From contig NC_043003.1 of assembly GCF_006345805.1 (NCBI RefSeq), positions 19,716,001-19,780,000 of the forward strand: DNA of 64,000 nt, given 5' to 3'. The position numbers and the translations under genes were made by a program. A model generated the notes under the pieces. That model saw nothing but the letters and a program-made list of their open reading frames with translations. It was not told the DNA's origin and searched no databases. Shown piece after piece: positions 1 through 11,133 of the stretch. Origin of the DNA: Octopus sinensis. Its lineage: Eukaryota. Numbering within the stretch: position 1 is the first letter of the stretch; each line of letters begins with the position of its first letter.

Positions 1-133
1 GTTTCTACAGCTGGATGCCCTTCCTAACGCCAACCACTCCAAGAATGTAATGGGTGCTTATTATATGCCACTGGCATGGGTGCCATTTACATGACACTGG
101 CAACAGCTACGATTTCATGGGTATCATTTATAT

Positions 134-440
134 CAGTGGTTCCCAAACTTTTTTGGGCTGCTGCCTCAACACCTAGGCCACATTCCTAATGTTCCCACCT
201 CAACTAACCACCACAAACACAGACCTCTTTTTGAAGCAAATTCAAGGCAACTGTATTTCACAAATAAAACTTCACGTAATGAACCGATTATTTTGTTGTT
301 TTTACATGAATACCTACCCAATTATTGCCCCACTTTTTACATGAACTGCTGCCCCATTATCACCCCACTTTTCTTCAATACCCCCTTGGAACTTTCCACT
401 GCTCCCATTGGGGCAATATCACTCACTTTGGGAACCACTG
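134..440. mobile_element. hAT (Charlie-like) MITE
   Basis: TIRs CAGTGGTTCCCAAA / TTTGGGAACCACTG; 8-bp TSD atttatat / atttacat. Confidence 0.8.
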
Positions 441-495
441 ATTTACATGACATTACGAATGGCCACAACTACAATTTCACATATATAACGTGCAG

Positions 496-688
496 GTGGC
501 ACGTAAAAAGCACCCACTACACTCACGGAGTGGTTGGCGTTAGGAAGGGCATCCAGCTGTAGAAACATTGCCAGATAAGACTGGAGCCTGGTGCAGCCTT
601 CTGGCTTCCCAGATCCCCGGTCGAACCGTCCAACCCATGCTAGCATGGAGAACGGATGTTAAACGATGATGATGATGGTGATGATGAA
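496..688 (+). mobile_element. SINE-like family E (ends ...ccaacccatgctagcatgg...gttaaacgatgatga, RTE-type tail)
   Basis: Same sequence recurs at 1-115(-), 1861-2060(-), 2680-2850, 2960-3135, 3905-4045, 4990-5175, 7895-8010(-), 8125-8282(-), 9480-9625 and 10478-10668(-); (GAT)n tail. Confidence 0.7.
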
Positions 689-954
689 CCCTTTAGTTAC
701 TGTATTTATTTTGAGATGTTCTGTGTTTCTTTCAATTAATTTTAAATATAACAAAGAATTTAGTAAAATAACTTAGTTATCATTCAGCTGATGTTAGGAA
801 CATAAATTGTGACTAAAGTTTGGTGGAAGGTTTTAATTCAAAACTTATGAAAACAAGACATTTGTACTACAGAGCCAGAGCCGGTTTCAGCCGGGTTGGT
901 AACGAACGGGATAAAATATACAAATACACATGCAAAAAACAAAACAAAACTTAC

Positions 955-1110
955 TGCCAAGTGTAGAGTGAATTGCGTTGGTCATGGTGGTGGTAGACAG
1001 GTGAAAATTGCTTTGCCCAGTCAATGAGTTGGCGTAAACAGGTGGAAAACACCGGAAAAGAGAGAAGTATCACTTGAGAGAATAAATCCTCTGCTACAGA
1101 CCATATTATG
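955..1110 (-). CDS. FANCF: FANCF-like coding exon 7 (156 nt, phase 2-2); gene continues beyond the left edge
   Basis: ctctttgcag|C ATA ATA TGG...TGG CA|GTAAGT; SIIWSVAEDLFSQVILLSFPVFSTCLRQLIDWAKQFSPVY...YTW resembles FANCF ...VTSRHPALSPVYLGLLTDWGQRLHYDLQKGIW. Confidence 0.85.
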
Positions 1111-1428
1111 CTGCAAAGAGAACAGTAAATCTTCTAGATATTTCCGAGCTCCTCACAGAACAGAGGCATCTATCAGTTTCAGTTTCTGTCTACCAAATCC
1201 TCTCACAAGGCTTTGGTCAGACCGAGACTTTAGTAGAAGACACTTACCCAAACAATGAATAATTCAGTAAAATAACTTTGTTATTAAAGATGGTATGTGG
1301 AACATAAATGAACATGAGAGCTTGATGGAAGGTTCTGCTTTGGATCACTTTAAAAGAGTAAGTTTTATGAAAGAATGAAGATTGGTCTCAATGGTGTAGG
1401 TATCCAAAAAAAAATCTAAGGAACTAAC

Positions 1429-1571
1429 CTTGGAGGTTTGGACATCGTGATATTGTTTTGGACAAATTGTTCAAGAAACTGATACACTTTTGAATATGAG
1501 TCTTTGGAAATGTTCCACAGTGTAGGATTAATGTCAACATCTTTTTTTGTTAGAAGATAAAGAAGAATTTC
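1429..1571 (-). CDS. FANCF: FANCF-like coding exon 6 (143 nt, phase 0-2)
   Basis: attttgcag|GAA...CCAAG|GTTAGT; EILLYLLTKKDVDINPTLWNISKDSYSKVYQFLEQFVQNNITMSKPP. Confidence 0.8.
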
Positions 1572-1714
1572 CTGCAAAATAAAAACACACAAAACACACG
1601 GTGAATAAACTGTCATCTAAATTACGCAGAAATGAAAATAACACTGACATCTCATTTTAAAAGATATATTTCCAAAAAATACATAAAAATATCTTGAAAT
1701 ACTAAAGTGTGTGG

Positions 1715-2130
1715 GATGCTTTTATGTGGCACCACATGATCCCTTTTACGTGATGCAGCACGGGTGCTTTTATGTGTCGTCAACAAGTGCTTCTACATTT
1801 TGCCACATGGTTGCTTTTACGTGACACTGCATAGATGCTTTTACATGACATTCATATACATATCATCATCATCGTTTAACGTCTGTTTTCCATGCTGGCA
1901 TGGGTTGGACGGTTTGACTGGAGACTGGCAAGCCAGTAGGTTTCACCATGCTCCAATCTGATCTGGCAAGGTTTCTACAGCTGGATACCCTTCCTAATGC
2001 CATCCACTCTGAGAGTGTATGTGGGTGCTTTTTATGTGTCACCGGCATGGGAGTCAGTCAGGCGGCACAGGCATCAGCCATATTCGGATGGTGCTTTTTA
2101 TGTGCCACCAGCACAGGAACCAGTCCTGGG
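1715..2130 (-). mobile_element. Family E element with adjacent GTGCTTTTATGTG subrepeats
   Basis: catcatcatcgtttaacgtc...ctacagctggat core plus short tandem motifs at 1715-1850. Confidence 0.6.
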
Positions 2131-2164
2131 GAGGGGGCTGATATTGAATATGTTCAGATGGTAC

Positions 2165-2450
2165 TTATTACATACCATCGGTATGGGGAGCCAGTCAAGC
2201 GAGACTGGCATGAAAGAAATGAAGCTAGCATACTTTGCTGGATGTGCAATGTCAGTGTGCATGTAAGTGTTTTAAGAGCCAAACTGGATATAAAAGGCAT
2301 TAGATGTAATGTGCAAGAGAGAAGATTGCACTGGTATGGTCATGTGATGCATATGAATGAAGGCAGTTGCACCAAGAGATGCCGATCTCTGACTGTGGAG
2401 GGAACATGTGAAAGAGGTAGACCCAGGAAGACATGGGATGAGGTGGTGGA
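2165..2450 (+). mobile_element. RTE-clade LINE 3' ORF fragment
   Basis: EASILCWMCNVS...LRAKLDIKGIRCNVQERRLHWYGHVMHM...EGTCERGRPRKTWDEVV: the typical RTE C-terminal RLxWYGHV and GxRxxGRPxxTW motifs. Confidence 0.8.
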
Positions 2451-2469
2451 ATGGAGCCAGTCCAGTGGC

Positions 2470-3135
2470 AGTGTCAATGACTTCACTCGAATGTTTTTTC
2501 ATGTGCCACCAGCACAAGTGCCAGTTACCTGTGTTGCCTTACTGGTACTTGTGCTGGTGGCACATGAAAAAACATTTGAGCGAGGTTGTTGCCAGTGCCG
2601 CTGGACTGGCTCATGTGCAGGTGGCACATAAAAAGCACCATTTGAGCATGGCTGTTGCCAGTACCGCCTGACTGGTCCTCGTGCTGGTGGCACGTAAAAG
2701 CACCCACTACACTCTCGGAGTGGTTGGCGTCAGGAAGGGCATCCAGCTGTAGAAACTCTGCCAGATCAGATTAGAGCCTGGTGCAGCCATCTGGTTCACC
2801 ATCAGTCAAATCGTCCAACCCATGAAAAGCGGACGTTAAACGATGACGATGATTGTTGAGTCTTGTGGAGGCAATGACAAGTGACCAAGACTTCTGGTGA
2901 TTTGTTGTGCTTGAGAAGACGTGTCAAGATAAGTGAAATCGTGGTTGTGGCCAGTGCCAGTGATACACAAAAGACACCCAGTACACTCTGTAGAGTGGTT
3001 GGTATTAAAAAGGGCATCCAGCCATAGAAACCAAGCCAAAACAGATGACTGGAGCCAGGTGAGGCTTTCCAGCTTACCAGCTTTGGTCAAACTGTCTAAC
3101 CCATGCCAGCATGGAAAATGGACATTAAATGATGA
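2470..3135 (+). mobile_element. Two adjacent family E copies
   Basis: Two gcac..aaaagcacc...gggcatccagc...gttaaacgatga modules. Confidence 0.6.
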
Positions 3136-3228
3136 CATATACATGTATGTGTGAGCGTTAATGTATGTGTGTGTCTGTGTATGTATATTTATATATATAT
3201 ATATATGAAAATGCAAACAATGACTTAC

Positions 3229-3286
3229 CCAACCATCTTTAGAAGCAGGTAAATTGGAAATGATTTTTAATACCAACAAGTCCAAC
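3229..3286 (-). CDS. FANCF: FANCF-like coding exon 5 (58 nt, phase 2-0)
   Basis: tttgtataaag|G TTG GAC...TGG|GTAAGT; (R)LDLLVLKIISNLPASKDGW; phases fit both neighbouring exons. Confidence 0.78.
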
Positions 3287-4042
3287 CTTTATACAAAGAA
3301 ATAAGAGATATAAAATGTTAATATGTAACAGAAGGATACAATTTGAAGGATATTTTGCTGCTATTTCTAGCATGTGAAATGACTATATAGGGGGTCCCTC
3401 AATAGCTAGGTTATATATAAAGATGTAACAAACAGATGGGAATTATGACTTGATGTAAAACTTGAAAACAGAAATTAACTCTCTCTCTTCACAAAGTAAA
3501 TTAAGAGTCTCTTTTAGTCATTGTTGATCATAGGTTTCTACACCTGGAGAATCCCTCTTCAAGGTGCAAGCCTTTGCAATCACCTGATTTCAGGTTAAGT
3601 TCCTATGTGCAGCACCACGAGTAAGAAAATTTCTTTTGTAACACCAGACTGACCACTCCTGGTGAAGAAGATTGGCTTGCAAGAGTTCTGTGCTGGTGCC
3701 ATGTTAAGTGGTTGGCATTAGGAAGGGCATCCAGCTATAGAAACCCGTGTGCAGACAATTCCCACACAGCCTCAGACTTAACACGGAGGCTTGCATCAAG
3801 TGCTTGGAGGAGGTTGTGCTGCTCTGGGTCAAGAGGGTGGCTGCTGGAACATCCTATGTCTGGCAATAGGACTCTGCACCATACCACACAATTGTCCTGT
3901 CAACAAATTGTCTGTCTACCATAGAAACCAAACCAAATCAGACAGGAACCTGGTGCAGCTTTCTGGTTTGCCAGCTCTGGTCAAACTGTCCAGCCCATGC
4001 CAGCATAGAAATATGAAAAATGGACATTAAAAGATGATGATG

Positions 4043-4080
<38 letters not shown>

Positions 4081-4084
<4 letters not shown>

Positions 4085-5175
4085 AACGTGGCCGTAGCCA
4101 GTACCGCATCGACTGGCCTCCGTGCTGTGGGCACGTAACAAACACCATCCGATCATGTCCGTTCGCCAGCCTCATCAGGCACCTGTGTCGGTGGCACATA
4201 AAAACACCATCTGAAGACCCGGCAAGACTAGTCAGGCCATAACCCGTGGCCCCTACCTGGGACGTAGTCAGTCCGCCTGTGCATACCTTCCTTCTTGTGA
4301 CACTTGTGAAGACCTGTTGAGGCAAGTGATCAAATCAAAACAAATCAAAATAGATGAACATCAATGGAATTTGTATCTTTGTGGTACCAGGGCCGGTGGC
4401 ACACAAGATAACCATCCGAACATGGCCATAGCCAGTACCGCATCGACTGGCCTCTGTGCTGTGGGCTCATAACAAACACCATCCGATCGTGGCCGTTCGC
4501 CAGCCTCATCTGGCACCTGTGTCGGTGGCACATAAAAACACCATCCGAAGACCCGGCAAGACTAGTCAGGCCATAACCCGTGGCCTCTACCTGGGACGTA
4601 GTCAGTCCACCTGTGCATACCTTCCTTCTTGTGACACTTGTGAAGACCTGTTGAGACAAGTGATCAAATCAAATCAAATCAAATCAAAATAGATGAACAT
4701 CAATGGAATTTGTATCTTTGTGGTACCAGTGCCGGTGGCACACAAGAAAACCATCCGAACGTGGCCGTAGCCAGTACCGCATCGACTGGCCTCCGTGCTG
4801 TGGGCACGTAAGAAACACCATCCGATCGTGGCCGTTCGTCAGCCTCGTCTGGCACCTGTGTCGGTGGCACATAAAAACACCATCCGAGCGTGGCTGTTCG
4901 CCAGCCTCGTCTGGCACCTGTGTTGGTGGCACATAAAAACACCATCCGAGCGTGGCTGTTCGCCAGCCTCGTCTGGCACCTGTGTCGGTGGCACATAAAA
5001 TCACCCACTACACTCTCGGAGTGGTTGGCGTTAGGAAGGGCATCCAGCTGTAGAAACACTGCCAGATCTGACTGGCCTGGTGCAGCCTTCGGGCTCCCCA
5101 GACCCCAGTTGAACCGTCCAACCCATGCTAGCATGGAAAGCGGACGTTAAATGATGATGATGATGATGATGATGA
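4081..5175 (+). repeat. Family E element expanded by an internal tandem array (about 340-bp unit x2 plus about 59-bp subunit x3)
   Basis: 4081-4412 is repeated at 4413-4750; tggcacataaaaacaccatccgagcgtggctgttcgccagcctcgtctggcacctgtgtcgg recurs at about 4865-5000; ends in the family E tail and (GAT)n. Confidence 0.8.
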
Positions 5176-5554
5176 TATATATATATATTGCAAACAATTT
5201 GCAGCTGCAAGTGCTAACAGTTGAAAGCTTTAGTTGGTGCATGGCTATAGAAAAAGAAACTTGCTCATGATGCCATGCAGTGGGATTGAACCCACAGCTA
5301 CATGATTGGGAAGCAAACTTCTTACCCACACAGCCATGTGGGAAACTTTAGAGGATTGCTATGAAAGAAAGGAATAAACCAGAAGTAATTTAGCACAGTA
5401 AGTTTCATTCTTATTCAGACTTTCCAAACAGGAATGGAAACTGGGCCCAAAACTTCTAATTGATGGCAAAACTACTGTTCTGATACTGAATAAAATGGTC
5501 TGCTTATCTGATTTAAAAAAAAAAAAAGGCAAGAATAACAACTTGATGACAAAC

Positions 5555-5751
5555 CTGTCTTCATCAGAAATAATAGAGATTTGGTTGATAAGTCTCTGCC
5601 AGAGTATTTCAGTTTTAACAATAGTAACCAATGACAAACGTGTGCCTGTTTTACTAGGTCGGCATTTGTCATAGCTGCAGTTTACAATGTCTCTTTCTAG
5701 TCTGGAAATTATTTGCAAGGAAGCATGGAGACTGCTGAGCTCAGCACATTG
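5555..5751 (-). CDS. FANCF: FANCF-like coding exon 4 (197 nt, phase 0-2)
   Basis: (ct)n-tttcag|CAA...AG|GTTTGT; QCAELSSLHASLQIISRL...VKTEILWQRLINQISIISDED; KTEILWQRL resembles human KTQAELLLERL. Confidence 0.85.
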
Positions 5752-5812
5752 CTGAAAAGAGAGAGAGAGAGAAAAGTATAGGTTGTCTAGTAAGTCTAGT
5801 GTGTTATTACCT

Positions 5813-6075
5813 CCGCCTTAGCAAAGGCAGAGGTATTGTTTTCAGTTGTGTTTGTTTGTCAGTGGACAAGATATCTCAAGAACTGCTGGGTGGATTCGAA
5901 TGAAACTTTCAGGGATGTTTGACCTTCTGACTGGCATGAACTGATTAGATTTTGGGATCAATCCAGTACCGGACAAGGATTCTGGATTATTTTCCCATTT
6001 TTTAAACTTAATTTTTGAGAGCAGTTGAATTATTTCAGATATTCTCATTTTAAAAATCATCTCTGGCTAATTGTT
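5813..6075 (+). mobile_element. DINE-1/HINE-like (Helentron-associated) non-autonomous element
   Basis: ttattacctccgcc...ggtattgttttcag..(gttt)n..gatatctcaagaac..ggattcgaatgaaactttcagg, a layout typical of this class. Confidence 0.5.
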
Positions 6076-6207
6076 ACGCGGATGCTGTTGTCTTGTTTAG
6101 AATAATTTCAGCACAAACACATTGTAATTGTTTTTAAAAAGTAGTTAATGGCAAATTGGTAAAGCATCAGATGAAATACCTTGCTATTTGGTGACTGTCA
6201 TTTATGT

Positions 6208-6418
6208 GGAAGTGCATAGTTTAGTGGTTAGGGTGTTGGACTCATGATTGTAAGATTATGGTTTTGATTCCTTGACTGAGCACATTGTTCCAGTCCACTC
6301 AGCAAGCAAAAATGAGTAATTCTGTGATAGACTAGCATCCTGTCAGGGGTGGAATTTATATGCCATGAAACTGGGAAATGGGCCCTTATGAGTCGGCATG
6401 ACCCGAGAAGGTAACTTT
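6208..6418 (+). mobile_element. tRNA-derived SINE family C (diverged)
   Basis: A-box-like tagtttagtggttagg, B-box-like gttttgattcc; same family as 49684. Confidence 0.6.
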
Positions 6419-6604
6419 TTTTCTTACTGTCATTTATGGTCTGATTTCAAATCCTATCCAGATTGATTATACTTTACATCAGTGGCTAGCCACTGCTTTA
6501 CACCCTCTAAAATAGATAAAACTTAGATAATGTAGTTAGAGTTGGAGATAGTCTGGAAATAAGAAGGGATGACCATGGCCAAGGTGTGTTTGAGAATAGG
6601 TTAA

Positions 6605-7516
6605 CTCTTTAGTATTCAGATTACTCTGTCACACATAATGCTCATTTATTAACATGGCTTTATGTTGTAGCTCTTTCGTTCAGAGTTCAAATTCCGCTGA
6701 GGTCAGTCAACTTTACCTTTCATCCTTTTGGGATCGATAAATTAAGTACCAGTTAATTACTGGAGTTGATGTAATTGACTATCCACCCCCCAAAAAAATT
6801 TCAGGCCTTGTGCCTATAATAGAAAGGATTATGTTGTAGCTCTGAGATTTTGACAATGTGATTGTTTTCTGAATAAGGATCTTTACCTTTTGACGTACAG
6901 ATTTAAAAAATTACTTTTTGTAACTAACCACTTTCAAACTTCAGACACTGGTAGAATGTGTCATATAAAATATGTTTTACTCTTAGCATTTTTGAGAAAA
7001 ACTTATATTTACGAAGTTATTTCACGTTAAAGTTCTTGTATTTCAGTAATTTCAACCAATCAATGACATGTATTCAGCTGAATAAAATTACTGCTGTTGT
7101 TTTGACAACAAGAACTTCCAGCGGTGTATTTTCGTTTGTCACTGTTATTTATGACAACCCTAACCCTAAAACCTTAAAACCAGCACAAACAAATGAACAA
7201 AGTCATAAATAACAGTGACAAACGAAAAATACACTGCTAAAATTTTCGAAATACGAGAACTTTAACGTGAAATAACTTTGTAAATATAAGTTTTTCTCAA
7301 AAATGCTAAGAGTAAAACATGTTTTATATGACACATTCTACCAGTGTCCGAAGTTTGGAAGTGTTTAGTTACAAAAAATTATTTTTTAAATCTCTAGGTC
7401 GAAAGGTAAAGATCCCTGAATGATATTGTAGGGAAGGTGTGAGAGGCTAGACCTGGCCAGTTTAAACATAAAACAGAATATTTGGGCTAGATATGGCTAG
7501 TTTGAATGCTAAAGGG
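6605..7516. mobile_element. piggyBac-type MITE (TTAA-flanked) carrying nested insertions
   Basis: ttaa|ctctttagtattca ... tgaatgctaaaggg|ttaa; contains a SINE (6670-6830) and a MITE (6877-7415). Confidence 0.65.
6877..7415. mobile_element. Long-TIR fold-back MITE, GG termini, 8-bp TSD (Merlin-like)
   Basis: Arms about 6877-7050 / 7245-7415 are near-identical inverted copies, with an inner IR at 7120-7155 / 7201-7238. TSD ctgaataa / ctgaatga; loop contains aaccctaaccctaaaacc. Confidence 0.8.
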
Positions 7517-7768
7517 TTAACATGATTGCAGCAGAGCTGGTTCTACCCTTTCCCCTACTGTAGCTGATGTATATGATGAGGGCAATAACACCCGAAACAG
7601 TAGATTATCAGGTCAAATGAATAGCGGTATTTAGCTTTATCTCTTTATGTATCAAGTTCAAATTCCACTGAGGTCAACTCCTTTTGTTTTTCAGAGAAAT
7701 TGAATGTAAATGCCCGTTTCTTGTTAGGCGAGCCAAACAATAATAAAAAGTTACTGCAAAACTCTTAC

Positions 7769-7855
7769 CTTGATGATAATTTCCTTTTCTCCCAGGGAAA
7801 TTTGAATAAGTTCCTCAAATAATTCCTCTGGAAGATGACAATTACAGAACAGCAA
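7769..7855 (-). CDS. FANCF: FANCF-like coding exon 3 (29 codons, phase 0-0)
   Basis: catttcag|TTG...AAG|GTAAGA; LLFCNCHLPEELFEELIQISLGEKEIIIK (resembles the LLxNxxL segment of FANCF). Confidence 0.85.
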
Positions 7856-8394
7856 CTGAAATGTGAAAAGAAAGAAAATAAGTGTAAGGCACTTCAGCAT
7901 CATTGTTTTAACATCCACACTTTTCCATGCTTGCATGGGTTGGATGGAATTTGTTGAGGCAGATTTTCTACAGTTGGATGCCCTTCCTGTCACCGACACA
8001 AGACATGTTTCCACTGAAAATTGGAAATGAAACACTTTGCTTGCATGGTGACAATTGTTTACAACAATCATGTGATATGAAGGCAAGGACACAACAAAAC
8101 GTAAAAACACACACTCCTCTCCTCCTTTAAACATCTGTTTTCCATGCTGGCATGGGTTGGACAGTTTGAGCAGGGCACAGGTTGGCATTAGGAAAGGCAT
8201 CCAGCTGTAGAAACAAGTCAAATCAGACTGGAATCTGGTACAACTCCTCAGCTTAGGTAAAATTGTCTGATCCAACTCTTTCACTAATCCCTTCTTTCTC
8301 CAGTGTTTTCTGTCATAATCCTCCATTCTCCCTTCTTACACACCATCCCTCATCCCTCAACAACACAGAAACATACCAACTAGCCTCCAAAAAA

Positions 8395-8425
<31 letters not shown>

Positions 8426-8689
8426 GCCTCTTCATAGTTATTTGACCAGCAATCAGTTCTCAAAATCACATCACACCATTTTAAAAAGGAAGGGCACATT
8501 AGACAATGAAGTCATTGATATAGAAAAAGGGAGCGCATTCACATCTTTGATCACAGGTCTGCTTGACCAGGGCTGATCCGGAATGAAACATTACCACCGC
8601 CGCCGCTGCCACCACCACCACCACTATCACCACAACCATCACCACCACTGCCACCATCAACACCACCACTACCACTTTAACATACTAAC

Positions 8690-8833
8690 TTGTCTTAGAT
8701 TGTCAGTGGCTTTGTCCAGAAACTGAAGATTAAGGTCTCCACATATCAAAGGGGATGACTGCACTGCATTCAGCTTTATGAGTTGTTGGTCGAATACTTC
8801 CTTATAAGGTTTTTTAATCACTTGTTTATAGAT
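8690..8833 (-). CDS. FANCF: FANCF-like coding exon 2 (48 codons, phase 0-0)
   Basis: tttcag|ATC...CAA|GTTAGT; IYKQVIKKPYKEVFDQQLIKLNAVQSSPLICGDLNLQFLDKATDNLRQ continues exon 1 in frame. Confidence 0.85.
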
Positions 8834-8929
8834 CTGAAATATATCAAGAAGGAAATTAAACATAAAGTGTGTATGTATATATTTCATGTTGAAGTGGTAC
8901 ATGGAACCAGAATTTTCTGACTTGATCGG

Positions 8930-9305
8930 GGCATGAACACTGATAAGATTGACTGGCCCATCAGAAGAGTGCAGTCGGAGTGAGAGTATCCACTCCAAAC
9001 CATTGTTGCTGAGTTCTGCTAACTTCAGCAGCACACTCTGTGGAGTAAATGCAGCACCTTGTGGACAAATTCTCAAAGGCCTGCCAGGAATTCAGCCTGA
9101 CTATCAGTCTGAAAAAGACCAATGTACTGGGCCAAGGTGTCAACCACACCCTGCACCATCAACAACTACAAGCTGGAGATAGTCCATGAATTCACCTACT
9201 TTGGCTCTACCGCCTCTGATGACCTCTCCCTGGACCTTGAGATCAGTGGGTGAATTGGACGAGCATCCTCCTCATTTACAAGGCTCATAGAGCCTGGGAA
9301 AAATA
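8930..9305. mobile_element. Rearranged RTE LINE remnant: endonuclease piece (-, 8930-9076) abutting RT piece (+, 9080-9305)
   Basis: Minus: WILSLRLHSSDGPVNLISVHAP (APE). Plus: FSLTISLKKTNVLGQ...YKLEIVHEFTYFGS..SDDLSLDLEI..IGRASSSFTRL (RTE RT C-terminus). Confidence 0.75.
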
Positions 9306-9672
9306 TGAATAAGCATATACTGATACATTAACAAGAAGACCTGTATTCCACCGCAGAAGTGTTAAGACCAATCCCTGTGTTGGTGTAAAACACTTGTGGC
9401 GGTGCCATGTAAAAGTGCCCACGGGGTGTCACATAAAAGCACCTGTACGGTGGCATGTAAAAGTGCATTTGCAGTGCCATGTTGAAAGCACCCAGCACAA
9501 TGTGAGTAGTTGGCATTAGGAAGGGCACCTAGCTGTAGAAACCATGCCAAATCAGACTGGAATCTGGTGCAGCTCTGATGAAACCATCCAACTCATGGAC
9601 AATGGATGTTAAATGAAGATGATGATTAACAGAGTAACAAAAAAAGCGGGGAGTTTTATATTGAAATATTAC

Positions 9673-9801
9673 CTCTTTGCAATAAGCTGCCCAGTGGAGA
9701 GCATTTTGTAAAGAATCCTTGTTCCAAGTTGCTACTTCCTCTGTGCTAGCTTGCTGTAAGATCTTGGTGAAGAAATATATATTTTTCAAAAATGTAGACA
9801 T
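9673..9801 (-). CDS. FANCF: FANCF-like coding exon 1 (43 codons, phase 0)
   Basis: MSTFLKNIYFFTKILQQASTEEVATWNKDSLQNALHWAAYCKE matches the FANCF N-terminus as recalled (human MESLLQHLDRFSELLAVSSTTYVSTWDPATVRRALQWARYLRHI). Acceptor (t)n-cag just upstream (exon starts 9809, 8 nt UTR); donor GAG|GTAATA. Confidence 0.88.
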
Positions 9802-9835
9802 AATTGAATCTGAAAAAAAAAAAGACAAAAAACAG

Positions 9836-10240
9836 AATGGAGTGGCTGTGTGGTAAGTAGCTTGCTTACCAGCCACATGGCTCCGGGTTCAGTCCCACTG
9901 CGTGGCATCTTGGGCAAGTGTCTTCTACTATAGCCTCGGGCTGACCAAAGCTTGTGAGTGGATATGGTAGACGGGAACTGAAAGAAGCCTGTCGTATATG
10001 TATATATATATGCATGTGTGTGTATATGTTTGTGTGTCTGTGTTTGTCCCCCTAACATTGCTTGACAACCAACGCTGGTGTGTTTATGTCCCCGTAACTT
10101 AGCAGTTTGGCAAAAAGAGACCAATAGAATAAGTACTAGGCTAAGAAAGAATAAGTCCTGGGGTCGATTTGCTCGACTAAAAAGGCTGTGCTCCACCATG
10201 GCCACAGTCAAATGACTGAAACATGTAAAAGAATAAAAGG
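9836..10240 (+). mobile_element. tRNA/CORE-like SINE family B, full length
   Basis: A box tggctgtgtgg, B box ggttcagtccc, gtggcatcttgggcaagtgtc (CORE-like), internal (TA/TG)n, tail ...cagtcaaatgactgaaac..taaaaga. Confidence 0.8.
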
Positions 10241-11133
10241 GCAAATGAAAGAATTTACATACAGACATATTATGCCATCATTGTTGTCATTTGTTCCCAG
10301 TCATCAGCGAAAACAGGTCTGGCTAAGATGAAATTGGAAACAGATGATGGTTGATGACAAAAAGCGCTATAGTAAATTTTCCTCAACTAATTCCATCTAA
10401 CTCATGCAAGCATGGAAAAGGGGATGTTAAAATGACAACGACGATGGAGCATGAACACCTTCACTACTGAAGTAAATCATCATCATCATCATCATCGTTT
10501 AACGTCCGCTTTCCATGCTAGCATGGGTTGGACGATTTGACTAAGGTCTGGCGAACCAGATGGCTGCACCAGGCTCCTGTCTTGATCTGGCAGAGTTTCT
10601 ACAGCTGGATGGCCTTCCTAATGCCAACCACTCCGAGAGTGTAGTGGGTGCTTTTTACGTGCCACCGAATATTAATATAAAGTCATGTGGAGACAAACAA
10701 CAACAAAACACACACATATGATGGACTCTAATACAACGGATTTCAGTCACAAGGCGTTAGTCAACCTTAGGTCATAGTAAGAAACTGTTGTTCAAGGTAG
10801 CTACATAGTAGGATCAAACCTGGAACTAGGTGGTTGTGAAGTGTACTACTTAACCACAGTCATACATGGATCTAGATGAACTCATAAAGATAGACGACAG
10901 AGAACAGAGAAAGATGTGTAGGACTTAATGCATTGCCCAGTTTAACTTCACCACTTTGGGTGCCTTTAGTGGAGCCTAGTCTTGTAAGCATGAGGCAGGG
11001 CTGTCTTAGCAGTTTTATAAGCCCAGGACAAATCAATGTATTGGGCACTGTACTCGTGAGGTCCTTGGGTAACTGTCCACCGCGACAATACCTTAAGGTG
11101 GCACTAGGATCAGGTCTGAGGATATCTAATTGT

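Noticed and set aside
4081-5010. CRISPR-like or coding tandem repeat
   Set aside because: Units are contiguous diverged duplications without unique spacers, no cas genes, eukaryotic context; overlapping ORFs in all frames lack any domain.
8669-9076. 135-aa ORF as a single protein
   Set aside because: It is an RTE endonuclease remnant plus intron plus FANCF exon 2, open by coincidence; a good acceptor lies at 8834-8836.
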